Shown piece after piece: positions 42,574 through 53,674 of a DNA stretch of 64,000 nucleotides. This DNA comes from Trypanosoma brucei (lineage: Eukaryota): assembly GCA_000002445.1 (NCBI GenBank), contig CM000208.1, positions 3,840,001 through 3,904,000 of the forward strand. Direction: 5' to 3'. The notes beneath the pieces were generated by a model. The model was given only the letters and a program-made list of their open reading frames with translations. It searched no databases and was not told the origin of the DNA. Made by a program: the position numbers and the translations under genes. Numbering within the stretch: position 1 is the first letter of the stretch; every line of letters begins with the position of its first letter.

Positions 42574-43329
42574 ATGCAGACCTTACTGAGACCCCGCCCC
42601 GGAGAGCCCACTCTCTTTGGCCCACCCACCAATCAGTGCACTCAGCTATGGGGTGTCTGGGAAATGTGGTGCGTGTTGCCTGATGGCCACGAAGCAGCAA
42701 CTGCTACACCAAATGTGCGTGGCAGCGGCGCGAAGAAGGGTGGTATGTCCAAGACGAAAGTGAAGAAGGCGACATGGCTTGACCAGGTGCGAAGCATCGG
42801 TCTATTCGACAGTGCTGAAGGGTTCTGGGGGATTATTACATGTACACTCAATCCTTCGCAGCTACCGCCCGGATTTAACTACTACCTCTTCCGGCGGAAT
42901 ATCGCCCCTATGTGGGAGCACGAAGCCAACCGCAGGGGTGGGCGCTGGGTAATGCGTTTCCGCGTCTCTCAACACGATGACAGCCCCGCTACCGCTCTCG
43001 ACGGCGCTGTGGCTGCCGCAGCTGAGGGTCAACTCCCAGTGGATCGAGCATGGGAGGCGCTTTGTGTTGCAATGATTGGTGAGCAGCTCCCAGGCGATGA
43101 AACAGAGATTTGTGGAGCAGTGGTGCGGCGGGCAGAGCGTCGGCGAGACTGGAAGTTAAGCCTCTGGACCCGAACCGCCGCGGACCGCTGCACGCAGGAG
43201 CGCATCGGCTTTTTTGTGAAGGACCTGCTTCATTTGGAAGATGGTTCACTACAGTATTTCTCGCACCGCGAACTAATGCAAGCGAGTGAGAAGGGGAACT
43301 GGGATGTCCCACCCTTGTATCAATTGTGA
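42574..43329 (+). CDS. Translation initiation factor eIF4E family (cap-binding protein homologue)
   Basis: ATG start; 251 aa. 'FDSAEGFWGII...LPPGFNYYLFRRNIAPMWEHEANRRGGRWVMRF' matches the eIF4E core ('FdtVEdFWalynhi...l..g.dYsLFKdGIePmWEDeknkrGGrW'), and 'LSLWTRTAADR' matches 'IcIWT'. The cap-stacking Trp positions are present. Confidence 0.8.
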   Translation: MQTLLRPRPGEPTLFGPPTNQCTQLWGVWEMWCVLPDGHEAATATPNVRGSGAKKGGMSKTKVKKATWLDQVRSIGLFDSAEGFWGIITCTLNPSQLPPGFNYYLFRRNIAPMWEHEANRRGGRWVMRFRVSQHDDSPATALDGAVAAAAEGQLPVDRAWEALCVAMIGEQLPGDETEICGAVVRRAERRRDWKLSLWTRTAADRCTQERIGFFVKDLLHLEDGSLQYFSHRELMQASEKGNWDVPPLYQL

Positions 43330-45077
43330 TGGAATTAACGCGAAGGCCCATGCCTACTGTCTTTTACCGCGCGGCCTTTCAATCGAGAAGGTTTCTAATC
43401 TCTTTTCAGGAAGCGTCCTGGGAGAGAAATGAAGTAATATATTCATAGATGCAGGCACCAGTCGACGACAGACCAACACATGGTCTTCATAGAATTTATA
43501 GAAAAATAGATTACATTTTTAGGTACCCACTTAGAATTGGTACGGCTGGTGAGAGAGCAATCAAGGGTGTTTCGTGCAATAACATCGACCAACAATTTGT
43601 AGAAACGTTTGCGTTCGTTTAGTTTCCCATTTGTCCAGTTGACTAGGAATCATTAACCGGAAGTCGATGTTCTAGTTAGTAAAAATCTGTTGTGTTTTCC
43701 CCAATTATCCGTCTGGTTTGTTTCATCGCTTGTGTCGTGGCTTAGGCCTGTGTTGCCCATACATTCCTACCTCCTTTTTGCCCTTGTGTGCCCCGTACGT
43801 ACAAATGTGGTGGTTGCAAACTACGCGTGTGCGTCCGTTTGTACACCTGCTTGAAATGTTAGGGGGGAAAAAATAGGTTGGGTACCTAGACATTTTCACA
43901 AGATAGCTCAAGAATATCGAGAAGGCTCCGAGTGTAAGACACAGCATTATGTTCAGTCGCCGCGTGGCTAGCTGTTGCCCCATCCCCACAGCCATGTATG
44001 GCGCACTGCACATCAACACCAAGCGTCAGGCGTCCCGCCTCGTGTCGCCACTTGTACCGGTTGCGCCATCACTCAAACATGTTGCTGGGGCAAGTGTAAC
44101 GGTGACGGGTGTGGTACTTGGAGAGCTCTCTACCGTGAGTCTCGCCTCAAACGTGTCGTTGTTGTCTCTTGTGGGCCCTTTATCACAGCTGTTTATGAAC
44201 GGCTTTGCTTCCAACCCAGTCTTCATGCGAGTCATTTCCGATACAATGCATACTTATAGCGTTTTACTTCACTCGGTTAGGGGTGGTGCGGCACCCTCGC
44301 CACCAGGACGGACGAGCGAAATGTAGCGCGGGTGTTAGTATGTGCACACAACTTTCGGGGGCGGCTATTCCCCTTCGGCTTACATGGTGGAGAAGGCGCG
44401 GAGGAAGTTAAGAGAAGGTGAACGAAGATAAGGGCTGTTCCCATAACTTCTGTGGATGCTATAGCCTTGTTCCTTCCCTTTCATATGCAGTTTGGCACCT
44501 GTCGACGAGGTTTGTAGAAAAGGAGGTAGGTGCACGTGGAGCCTATGACGCGCACACATAGGAAGCTGGGGACGACAAGAGGAAGAATAGTGTAACGAGG
44601 AGCAGTGTGGCAACGAAGGCAACAACGGTCAATTGGGGACAGGAGTTTCGTGATAGTTGTTTAAGGGAACGAATAAAACACAGTTCAGACATATATGAAT
44701 AGTTGAGGTTTGTCTTATCTTTTGCCGTTAGCAAATGTCGTGGCATTTCCTCTGTTCTTCACTTCTAACTGCACATAACTGAGTTGGGAGATCACCAACT
44801 CAACTGTATCGGCTGAAAGGTGAGCGGAAGGATAAATTCTTTTGTTGAAGGTTTACGCTGCAAATCATACTGTGCTATGGTTTGAGAACTCTGTGAAACC
44901 CTTAGTTTTGCACTCTTCACGCCCCCGCTTCCCATCACCTCCCGCATTCATGCTCACCAGAAAGACAAAACCTCCCTCCTTGCAGGGCTCGCGAGCAAAC
45001 GGCACGAAGGGAAATAAGAGGTTGAAGTGCCTCCGCCCCTTTTGTGGGCAGCTACACTCTCCTACAACCTAGCAATC

Positions 45078-47489
45078 ATGCGTAGATCGGGCAGAGGCAG
45101 TGCCGTGCGGTGGTCCTCGTTATGCAAGTGCCAGTGCTGTTTGTACCGCACGCCACTCGGTGGAACTTACTTCGAGCAAGCGCTGCCTCGGTCGTTGGGT
45201 GCCAGACAGGGAAAGGGCGTTCTCAGTACTGTCAACACGGCATTGTCCAGGAAGGCCCTGAAGCGGCGGCAATCCTTGCCACGGAAGAAGCTCAACGTCC
45301 CCCTCACAGCGGAGGGGTTGAAGGAGCGACTCAAGCAGCTGTCCGCAGAGGAGAGAGAACTTAGTATCAAAAACAACACAGAGGAATGTGATGAACCCTC
45401 ACCTAACGAGTTTACAACCACTCATGAAGCTCGTGTGGCGCTGGCGAGGGTGTTGCACCACGGAGAGAACGCAGGCGAAAGAGAAGAGGTGGCGATGCGC
45501 ATACCCAGTTTCTGTCGTTCCCCGGCTGTTAGTGAGACACAGTCGATTGTAGTTGATGACAAAGAGGGCGATATCACGAATGCCGCAGTCCACGTCGGGT
45601 GCAGCGTGCTCGGAAGTGACCTAGACCACCTGGAGCGAGATATGATACGTGACTACCATCAACGCGGAAAGAAGCTCCCAACGTTTGACAATATCTACAG
45701 GACTTTAGGTTGCGGACGCAAAGGGACGTCGGTGTCAGATACGGAGCCGGAAAATGAAAATTCCAGTGGGGCGATTCAAAGCGAATCTGGACTAGGAGAT
45801 GCAGGGCGAAGGGGGACAGTGGTTGTTGCACCTTCGCACCTTCACCACTCTAGACCACCAACCAAGGGACGAAGTGGTAAAGAGGAGGAGGAGGGTGGGT
45901 ATTTTGATACAAATACGCTACCGGCGGATGCGAATCCACACTTTCCTCCCGGGGCATGTGACAATGAAGTCCTTGCGCCTCTGAGCGGCGGATGTGCAGC
46001 TTCGGAGCAAAGCGAAATAACCGACACTGCTTCCTTTATTCCAAGCAACAGCAGGCTCTCCACGGCAGTTTACGATGCTTATAGGCAACGGCCGGCTGAT
46101 GATCGTCTGGTCGTGCTACGGGGAACTGATTTTTGGGATAACGAAGAAAACCGAGCACGTCTGCAAGAGCTGACGGATTATGCCGAAGAAGACTTTGCAC
46201 GCGAGATGCTGATGGAAGGCGCGATGGACACTAGTGAAGTTGGTTACTCCACCAACAAGGTACGAAAAGAAACGCTGCTGTACTTTCAGGCACACCCCAT
46301 TAACGAAATGATTCAAGAACCGTTTGCGCGCGTGCGGAGCATTCTCCCAAGCGACGGTGGACCGGAAGTACATTTCCCGGCCGATGACCCCGATACAGAT
46401 GTTGATATTCCCACCGCCCAAGCGCGGACCATGGCTCGCGAACTCGGCCTCGCCCTCATTCGGGTAGGTACACTGTATACACCCATAAATGACAGGCGCG
46501 TGGTGGCAGTATGCACTATCGCTGATCATCGAGAGCATATGAGGGACATGATTCGATTCAAGATTAAAAAACTTGGGGTGCAGCGGCCGCCAACAAAGGA
46601 GGGTATTGAAGTACCTTTCCGAGGTGGCACTCATCCCCATGCAGTGCGCTTTAAGAGTATCGGGATTGCAAAGCATCTACTCCTGGGCCATGTGGTGCGC
46701 ATTAATCTCACGGACTTCGGCACGGTTCGTGAAGGCTTCCCCGTCTTTGGGAGCATTCTTGACGAGGTTGCGCGACAGGCCCTCCAACTGCGTGCTTACC
46801 ACACCGCTGGCGTTGTGCGCGCTAACTATAACGAAGTTTACTGTTATCTTTACCCATCAACGGGGCGTTCGCCCAAGTCAACGGTTTTGCATCCCACGCA
46901 AGAACAACTAGCCACAGTACGTGATCGGTGTCTTCTTGAACGAGAACGTGAAGTGTACTTTGATGGCCTATACGATAAGAAGACCCCCCGAGAGCGGCTA
47001 ACCTACATGAGGAAGCTGCAGGACGGCACGGCGTGGGCTGATAGGGACGATGGCCTCTCACTGCAACGCCAGCGTGATATGAAGGTAATGTTGGGATATT
47101 TACCAAAGGGAAATCACGAACTCTACGCCGCCCGTGGTGATGTGAATGTCCCTGCTCCCTTTCGGGCGAGCCACCCCACATCTGTCGACCGCTGGACGCA
47201 CCCACAAGAATCTAACTTGGAGCAGGCGGCGCGTGGGTCAGCTGTGCTTGCTAAGCGGCTTTCCATGACAGTAAGCGAAATGCACGACCGTCAGGAAACA
47301 GCTGAAAACCCAGCAACGTTGGACCGTTTCTACTATCGCATACAGGGTCCAGCCCTGGAGGCTGGTGAGTTGAAGGAGGCTCTAGGATTGAAAGGCAACC
47401 GCAAGCGGCTACCCCGGCGTGCCCCAGGCTGGGCGACGCTGGGAATGGAGAAGGTTTCCCCTCAAGAACCGGGGCACGCGGCCAAGTAG
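45078..47489 (+). CDS. Hypothetical protein (803 aa, no recognisable domain)
   Basis: The track start is GTG 45027 and the first ATG is at 45078 (MRRSGRGSAVRW...). It is a long uninterrupted + strand ORF of mixed composition with acidic and basic patches. Confidence 0.6.
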   Translation: MRRSGRGSAVRWSSLCKCQCCLYRTPLGGTYFEQALPRSLGARQGKGVLSTVNTALSRKALKRRQSLPRKKLNVPLTAEGLKERLKQLSAEERELSIKNNTEECDEPSPNEFTTTHEARVALARVLHHGENAGEREEVAMRIPSFCRSPAVSETQSIVVDDKEGDITNAAVHVGCSVLGSDLDHLERDMIRDYHQRGKKLPTFDNIYRTLGCGRKGTSVSDTEPENENSSGAIQSESGLGDAGRRGTVVVAPSHLHHSRPPTKGRSGKEEEEGGYFDTNTLPADANPHFPPGACDNEVLAPLSGGCAASEQSEITDTASFIPSNSRLSTAVYDAYRQRPADDRLVVLRGTDFWDNEENRARLQELTDYAEEDFAREMLMEGAMDTSEVGYSTNKVRKETLLYFQAHPINEMIQEPFARVRSILPSDGGPEVHFPADDPDTDVDIPTAQARTMARELGLALIRVGTLYTPINDRRVVAVCTIADHREHMRDMIRFKIKKLGVQRPPTKEGIEVPFRGGTHPHAVRFKSIGIAKHLLLGHVVRINLTDFGTVREGFPVFGSILDEVARQALQLRAYHTAGVVRANYNEVYCYLYPSTGRSPKSTVLHPTQEQLATVRDRCLLEREREVYFDGLYDKKTPRERLTYMRKLQDGTAWADRDDGLSLQRQRDMKVMLGYLPKGNHELYAARGDVNVPAPFRASHPTSVDRWTHPQESNLEQAARGSAVLAKRLSMTVSEMHDRQETAENPATLDRFYYRIQGPALEAGELKEALGLKGNRKRLPRRAPGWATLGMEKVSPQEPGHAAK

Positions 47490-47942
47490 TTAAAAAATCA
47501 TGTCACGGCTGATTTTTTTTTTGTGGGTAGGTGTGCATTATTAACTTCTGCTTGAGTTGGCTGGTCGCTTCGACCCCCCTTACTATCTTTATCGCATATA
47601 TTGCTCACGTAGTTTGTTAACTTCACTTACCCAAGCGATATGGAGTGCTTTCCTCTTAGTGCTTTACCTCCTTTTGGTCTGTGCATTGAGAACGTTGAAT
47701 TACTCCTTGGTGCTGTCAGGACTGTGGGTTCCAAGGGAAGCACTGGGTGAAGACGACGATCGCAACACACGGCCCAACGGAGTGACGCCAGTAGGGAGAA
47801 TTTGTTCTTATTTCTCTTCTATTTCCCTCCTTATTTTTTTTTTCGCCCTCCTCTCCCCTCCTCCTTGTTACTACCGTAGTTGTAAAGGCACCAGAAGGGA
47901 AAAACACAAAAGAACATTACTGACCCTGTTGGAAATTATCCA

Positions 47943-49220
47943 ATGAGCTCACCAGAGAGCAGTGTGACGAGCTTGGACAGTCAACCTGTTCGCGAGGTGG
48001 AGTACCCCGTCGGTGTGCAAACCGAGGTTCCGGACACGAATGGCGGTCTCTTCAAGACGGTGCTTATTGAGGGAAGCGGGACTAAGCCAATAAAGGGTTC
48101 GAAGGTGACAGTACACTACGTCGGCACGCTGGAGTCCGATGGCTCCAAGTTCGACAGCAGTCGTGACCGCGGGGAATACTTCGAGTTCACGTTGGGTCGC
48201 GGGCAGGTCATCAAAGGTTGGGATCGGGGCGTCGCCACTATGCGGGTGGGGGAGAAGGCAGTTTTGCGCTGCACACCAGAATACGGCTACGGTGCGGCCG
48301 GTAGCCCGCCAAAGATACCAGCGAACGCCACACTTCTATTTGAAGTGGAGCTATTCAGTTGGACACGGGAGGAGGATATTTCCGAGAGCAAGGACAAATC
48401 GATCATGAAAAGCCTTGCTGTCGAGGGTATCGATTACGAAAAGCCTGGATACGAATCCAAGCTGAAAGTTGACCTACGCGTGTACGCGGGGCCGCACAGC
48501 GATGATCAGCCAGGGACGCTGCTGTGCGAGCGGCTCGACTGGGAACTCACCTTGGGTGACACGCCGCTGCCACCCCACCTTGAGACATGCCTCTCAACTA
48601 TGCGGAAGCGCGAATCTGCTTCCTTCCGTATCGATCCCCGTCTTTCCACGGAACACAACGAGGAGTTCAACATATCCCCTGGCTCGCAGCTAACATACGC
48701 AGTAGAGTTGCGTGAGCTCACTACGGTCAAAACATGGATGTTCGAGGGTCCGGCACGGGTGGAAGAAGCAGAGCGACGGAGGGCACAGGGCAATGAGGCC
48801 GTAAGGAGCGGAAAGTTCAGCGTCGCAGAACGGAAATATCGTCGAGCACTGGAATTTGTCGAGGCAGATAGCGGTTTCGGCAGTGATAATGATGAGAGCT
48901 TGGCGAGTGCCCGCAAAGTCCGTCTGGTGCTTTGGGGTAACCTGGCGCAGGCCCTTCTTGCCCAAGGGTCTCACCAGGAGTGTATCCGGTACTGTAACAG
49001 GGTGCTGGAGGTTGAACCAGGTAACGCAAAGGCATTGTTCCGCCGGGCAAAGGCCTATGATGCACAGAGTGACTGGCACGAGGCGAAGGGGGATCTTGAG
49101 ACGATCCTGCAAGCAGATCCACAGAATACGGACGCCAGGGTGCTGTTGCAGCGGGTACAGGCACAACGCAAAGCCTACGAGAAAAAGCAGCGTGAGGCAT
49201 ATAAGAAGATGTTTTCGTAG
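47943..49220 (+). CDS. FKBP-type peptidyl-prolyl isomerase with C-terminal TPR repeats (FKBP52/Hsp90 co-chaperone-like)
   Basis: ATG start; 425 aa. The FKBP domain 'GSKVTVHYVGTLESDGSKFDSSRDRGEYFEFTLGRGQVIKGWDRGVATMRVGEKAVLRCTPEYGYGAAGSPPKIPANATLLFEVELF', a second degenerate FKBP-like domain, and three C-terminal TPRs ('AQGNEAVRSGKFSVAERKYRRALEF...NLAQALLAQGSHQECIRYCNRVLEVEPGNAKALFRRAKAY'). Confidence 0.85.
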   Translation: MSSPESSVTSLDSQPVREVEYPVGVQTEVPDTNGGLFKTVLIEGSGTKPIKGSKVTVHYVGTLESDGSKFDSSRDRGEYFEFTLGRGQVIKGWDRGVATMRVGEKAVLRCTPEYGYGAAGSPPKIPANATLLFEVELFSWTREEDISESKDKSIMKSLAVEGIDYEKPGYESKLKVDLRVYAGPHSDDQPGTLLCERLDWELTLGDTPLPPHLETCLSTMRKRESASFRIDPRLSTEHNEEFNISPGSQLTYAVELRELTTVKTWMFEGPARVEEAERRRAQGNEAVRSGKFSVAERKYRRALEFVEADSGFGSDNDESLASARKVRLVLWGNLAQALLAQGSHQECIRYCNRVLEVEPGNAKALFRRAKAYDAQSDWHEAKGDLETILQADPQNTDARVLLQRVQAQRKAYEKKQREAYKKMFS

Positions 49221-49298
49221 ATGTGTGCTATGAAGCGGGTCTTATCTCATCCTGTGACTCAACATTATTTAAGCCACCGCTACATATATGAAGCGACC

Positions 49299-49350
49299 AC
49301 TATTATTACTATTATTATTATTATTATTATCACTATTATTATTATTACTT
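49299..49350. repeat. (ATT)n/(TAT)n imperfect trinucleotide microsatellite
   Basis: 'ctattattactattattattattattattatcactattattattattact'. Confidence 0.9.
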
Positions 49351-51523
49351 TTTATTTCTGTTACCTTAAACGCACTGGCCTTGTCGCATTCCCCTTCCTC
49401 CTTTCCCCTCTTTGGAAGGTACCGCACCTTTATGCGTTTGATAAGAGGTCCGCCACCGTGCAATCACTCTTCTCCACTTGTCTCCCGCGTCTTCAGTTTC
49501 TTTCGATAGCATCTCTTTGTAGCGGTATGCATTAGATCGTATTTACTTTGACGAGGATGAAGTAGCGTGGGAAGGAGAAACGTTGACTGAGTTGTATAAT
49601 TAGGCCAACATCCCCCCTCTTTCCTCCCTGTGATTACCTTACTACTGCGCTTGTCCTGCTTGTGAACGTTATTGTTTACTTGTTTGCTGCCAGATAGCAC
49701 GTGTGTTCAGATGGGGTTGCTGGTGTCTTCGGTTAAACCCAGGAGAAGCTGGCGGTCCGTGGTAGCGGCCGAAAGACATCCACCGGGTGCGTAGCCGTTT
49801 CAAGTTGCACTGTACTGACAGGCCCTACGGGTTCGTTACTGCACTCATGTCTCTTACTTAGCGTGTGGCGCCTCCATAGAGATGGGACGCAATTAAAGTC
49901 GCCTCCGGAGAACTGCCTGCTAGCAGTCCGTTTGTGGGCGCAGAGGGGTGCGGACTATTTGGTGTCTATTGGGGGTACCGTCCGCACGTCAGTCTACATT
50001 CTAAACTTCAAACGGCTGGTCACCACTTCTTCGTTATGGAGTACCGCTAAGCCGGTGGTTTGTACTGTCGGCTCTACGGCTGTTTGATGCTGGCTGAGCA
50101 TCAGGTTACATGCATTGCGACTCAACTGATTCCCGCCCCATATTACTCTTACACCCTCTGCAAGACACTGTGCTGCAGTCGGTGGAAGCCCATCAATGTC
50201 CTGTTTGCCACAAACGGTCTCTTTAAAATAGTCGATTTCGACTGGGTCCCCTGTGAGATGTCACTGTACGTTCCGTCAGACACTTATGGCTCCCTCTACG
50301 GACGTGCAATCATTGGGGGTCGCACTGCACGAACCGGTCACCGGAAATTCGCAAAATGAAACCCCAACCGCGAGAAATTTCGACATTCTGTTCTGCTCTG
50401 TGGATTCCCCCCTCCCCAATTATTACTCTCAACGGCTGAAATCTTGAGTGGATTGTGGAAACCATACTACAAAATTGACCAAAGGTAGGTCCGATACGTT
50501 GAGGTTGCTTGACGAACCAGTGTGGTTCATCTCCACTTGCTACGACCACTGTCAACACCGTCACAGCGGTACCGGTGTGTGTGCGGGGTGGTCTTCGTGT
50601 AGTTGTGGGACGAGCAGTTGTTTTCCTCATTGCAGGTCCTGGGCCCCACGACTTCGTTTGACACGGTGCGGATACTTGAACCCTCACTTGCCTACCACAA
50701 ACGGTATTTAAATTTCGTCTAGCCACCAAATTTACCCACACTAGCAGAACGTGGTAGCAAGCGCTCGGAGCAGCACTTCACCACATGACAGGGGGCGGAT
50801 CATGCTCTTTAAGAAGTGATCAACGGGCGTTGGAAGTGCTGTTGAGGATGTGGATCCTTTTTTTTTTTTAAACAGAATGGACCGTCCAGTAAGTGATCCG
50901 ATTATGAGAAGAGGCCGTGCTGCGGAAGAAACAGGATGGGGGGAAAGTGACGGTAATTTTGTCACCTGAAGTAATCAGTTTCCCTTCCACGTGTTGTGAT
51001 AGATCTTTACGCTGATTAGTCGCATTTTGTACCTCCGCACAATCATGTACAAAGGTATAGTTGATTATCTCTTAATGTGCGTATTTCCCTTTCCCCTCAT
51101 CCTCAGTTCGTATCGTTTGTTTTATGTTGACGATTCTTATTTTTTTCTCCGCCTCTCTTCACGTGTGCCTGCGTCGGGTAACATTTTTTTTTTCAAGCGC
51201 ACTTGGCACCCCTTATAACTAATCACCACGATTACTGTTGCCGGTTCGGTGAAAATAGCTATACGGGGCAATACCTGTTGATAGCGGCTGCAAGAGGTTC
51301 GCCGAAAGGGGGTGGTAGGCGTTTCCAATTTGTGTGCAAAGAAACTCCAAGGACACTTCGTCTATCATACACTGGAGGAGAGCTGTCGCAGCCAGTTCGT
51401 GTTTTGTTTTCTCCGCTGTGGTGCCGCCTTTAGGTACCAGTGATAAGAGAAGTTGGTTGCGTTGGGCCGCCAACTTGTTGTTTTTTCTAGCTTCCTCTTC
51501 AGATATTACTCGTCCGTTTACTC

Positions 51524-51539
51524 ATATATATATATATAT
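51524..51539. repeat. (TA)n microsatellite
   Basis: 'atatatatatatatat'. Confidence 0.85.
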
Positions 51540-51681
51540 TTTTTGTAGCACCTGCTTTTTATAAGGTGAGGCTGGGTAGGGTTTTAAAAGAATAGTTTAT
51601 TATCTTATTTCATTTACCCCAAGAGCACTTGCACACAAGCACATACATATTCAAACATACAGTCACTGACTCCAACTTCCG

Positions 51682-52842
51682 ATGTCTTACTTGACAGAGG
51701 AGGAGGAGAAGGAGCGACAGCGGGAACAGCAGCGCCGCATGTCACGGCAGCAGATCATAGAGCATGTCAAGAAAAATCTCCTCTATACCGCTTTTGATGT
51801 GAAGTGGGTTCCTCACAGCGCCTGTCTCGCCATTGTGGGGCAGTATCCGAACAACCAAGGTGCACTTTCCTTCATGCAGCTCAACAAGGGTGAGCTCACT
51901 GTACGGCATGAGATCCGTACGAAGCTTCCGTTGAAGTGCTGCACGTTTGCCCACAACAGCCGCCAGATGTCCTCAGCTGCTCTTACAATAGCAGCTGGAG
52001 ACTTCGCCGGAGGCCTTTCCCTTTGGGATGTTGAGCGCCTCAGTAGCAGTAGTGGGGACAACGGCAAATTTGACGAGAATGAGGCACTCTTTAAGGCACC
52101 ACGTGCCCATGAGAATATAATCAACGCGGTAGACGGGGCCCAGTTCACCGGCCCACCGGAAATTGCGAGTTGCGGTCGCGACGGGTGTGTGAAGGTGTGG
52201 GATGTTCGGCAGGCTGCGAAGCCGGTGGTGGTATTAAGCCCAGCGGACCCGGCGCGGGCGCGCGACTGTTGGACTGTTCGGCTCGGTAATAGCAGTGACC
52301 CCGACGAGCGGGTAGTAGTGGCAGGGTACGACAATGGCGATGTGAAGCTGTTTGACCTCCGCACGCAGAAGATGCTGCATGAATTTAATGTGGGTAACGG
52401 CGTGTGTGATGTGGAGTTTGATCGACCCGATATTCCCATGAACAAGCTCATCGTCTCACTGCTAGAGGGACGTGTGCGCGTTTATGACGTACGGACGTTA
52501 CATCCCACACTAGGATATGCCTATGTGGAAGAACGCGTCTCGAGTGGAACTGTTTGGTGCAGTCGGGCGTTGCCGCAGAATCGTGAGGTGTTCGCGTGCG
52601 GTGGTGGTGGCGAAGTGACGTTGTGCCGCTATCGGTATCCCCCTGAGCGGACCCTGCGGGATAGTGACGGCGTAGCGAAGGGGATCGCAGGATGTGTGGA
52701 GGAACTGAACAAGGCGAAGGTGGGGGACCAGCCGATTCACACGATGGATTGGAACCGTTCCAAAGAGGGGCTATTAGCCTGCGCATCCTTCGATCAAAGT
52801 ATTCGAGTTATGCTCGTGACCAAGTTGTCGCTCGTACAATGA
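51682..52842 (+). CDS. WDR92: WD-repeat protein 92 (WDR92/Monad) orthologue, an axonemal dynein arm assembly factor
   Basis: ATG start; 386 aa. It aligns end to end with human WDR92 from memory: 'QIIEHVKKNLLYTAFDVKWVP' versus '[21 protein letters not shown]', 'CGRDGCVKVWDVRQ' versus 'GSRDGTVKVWDPRQ', 'RDCWTV...ERVVVAGYDNGDVKLFDLR' versus 'RDCWTV...ERVVCAGYDNGDIKLFDLR', 'NGVCDVEFDRPDIPMNKLIVSLLEGR' versus '[26 protein letters not shown]', 'ASFDQSIRVMLVTKL' versus 'SSFDQTVRVLIVTKL'. Confidence 0.85.
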   Translation: MSYLTEEEEKERQREQQRRMSRQQIIEHVKKNLLYTAFDVKWVPHSACLAIVGQYPNNQGALSFMQLNKGELTVRHEIRTKLPLKCCTFAHNSRQMSSAALTIAAGDFAGGLSLWDVERLSSSSGDNGKFDENEALFKAPRAHENIINAVDGAQFTGPPEIASCGRDGCVKVWDVRQAAKPVVVLSPADPARARDCWTVRLGNSSDPDERVVVAGYDNGDVKLFDLRTQKMLHEFNVGNGVCDVEFDRPDIPMNKLIVSLLEGRVRVYDVRTLHPTLGYAYVEERVSSGTVWCSRALPQNREVFACGGGGEVTLCRYRYPPERTLRDSDGVAKGIAGCVEELNKAKVGDQPIHTMDWNRSKEGLLACASFDQSIRVMLVTKLSLVQ

Positions 52843-53160
52843 GTGGTGAAACAGGTATGACGACAGTAGGTTACCACAATTTGCAAGTGATGACAAAATG
52901 GAGTGGAGCCATGAGAAACAAGTGAATGGAGAGACATAAGATTAAAAGGGTGTTTTCAACGCTTCCTGCATACGTGTGCACGTGTTAAGCGATGTGGCCT
53001 GCGCTGCGTCAGACTATTTTGTGGGAAACTGCAGCCGCCGCCACCGCAGCTATCTTGACCTTCCTCCGTACAGGAAGCCATCCCTGTGCAAAGGACCCAC
53101 CCATGCTTGGCTGGGGATACAAACAGAGAGGTGCAAAAAGCGTAGCCTTCCCAGAGTTCT

Positions 53161-53176
53161 TATATATATATATATA
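53161..53176. repeat. (TA)n microsatellite
   Basis: 'tatatatatatatata'. Confidence 0.85.
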
Positions 53177-53674
53177 GCAGTGGGTTACGGGACGTACTAT
53201 AGGAAACGGGGCTGTATGTTTGTGGGGTTAGGTGGAGTGAAAGAGCTGCACACGCACGCATACACATGCTTGCATGTGCTGTAAGTGAAGCCTAATAGAA
53301 CAGTAAAAGGGATTACAGGTTTGGTAGTGAGGTCTCTGTGGCCACAACCACGTGCTATCTTTCGATTTCTGACTACATGGCCTTATTTCCCATATTATTC
53401 CTTTCCTCTTTTGAATACAGCGTGCGCTATATAACGAAAAGCAGTGACTACAGAGAGAATAAGCGGCTAATAGAGCTACCTGATAAAATTAAACTACATT
53501 TCCATATTTGCTCACCACCCATATATAAGGAGGTGTTAACTAAAGAAGGGGGATTGAATTTACGCAAACGATATATAATAATAAAGCGAGCTTGCACGCT
53601 CCTGGAGGAAGCAAACAACTTTATCCTTTAAGAGGGGACAAAACTGCATAAGACCGCAGCGCAAGTGTATCTAA

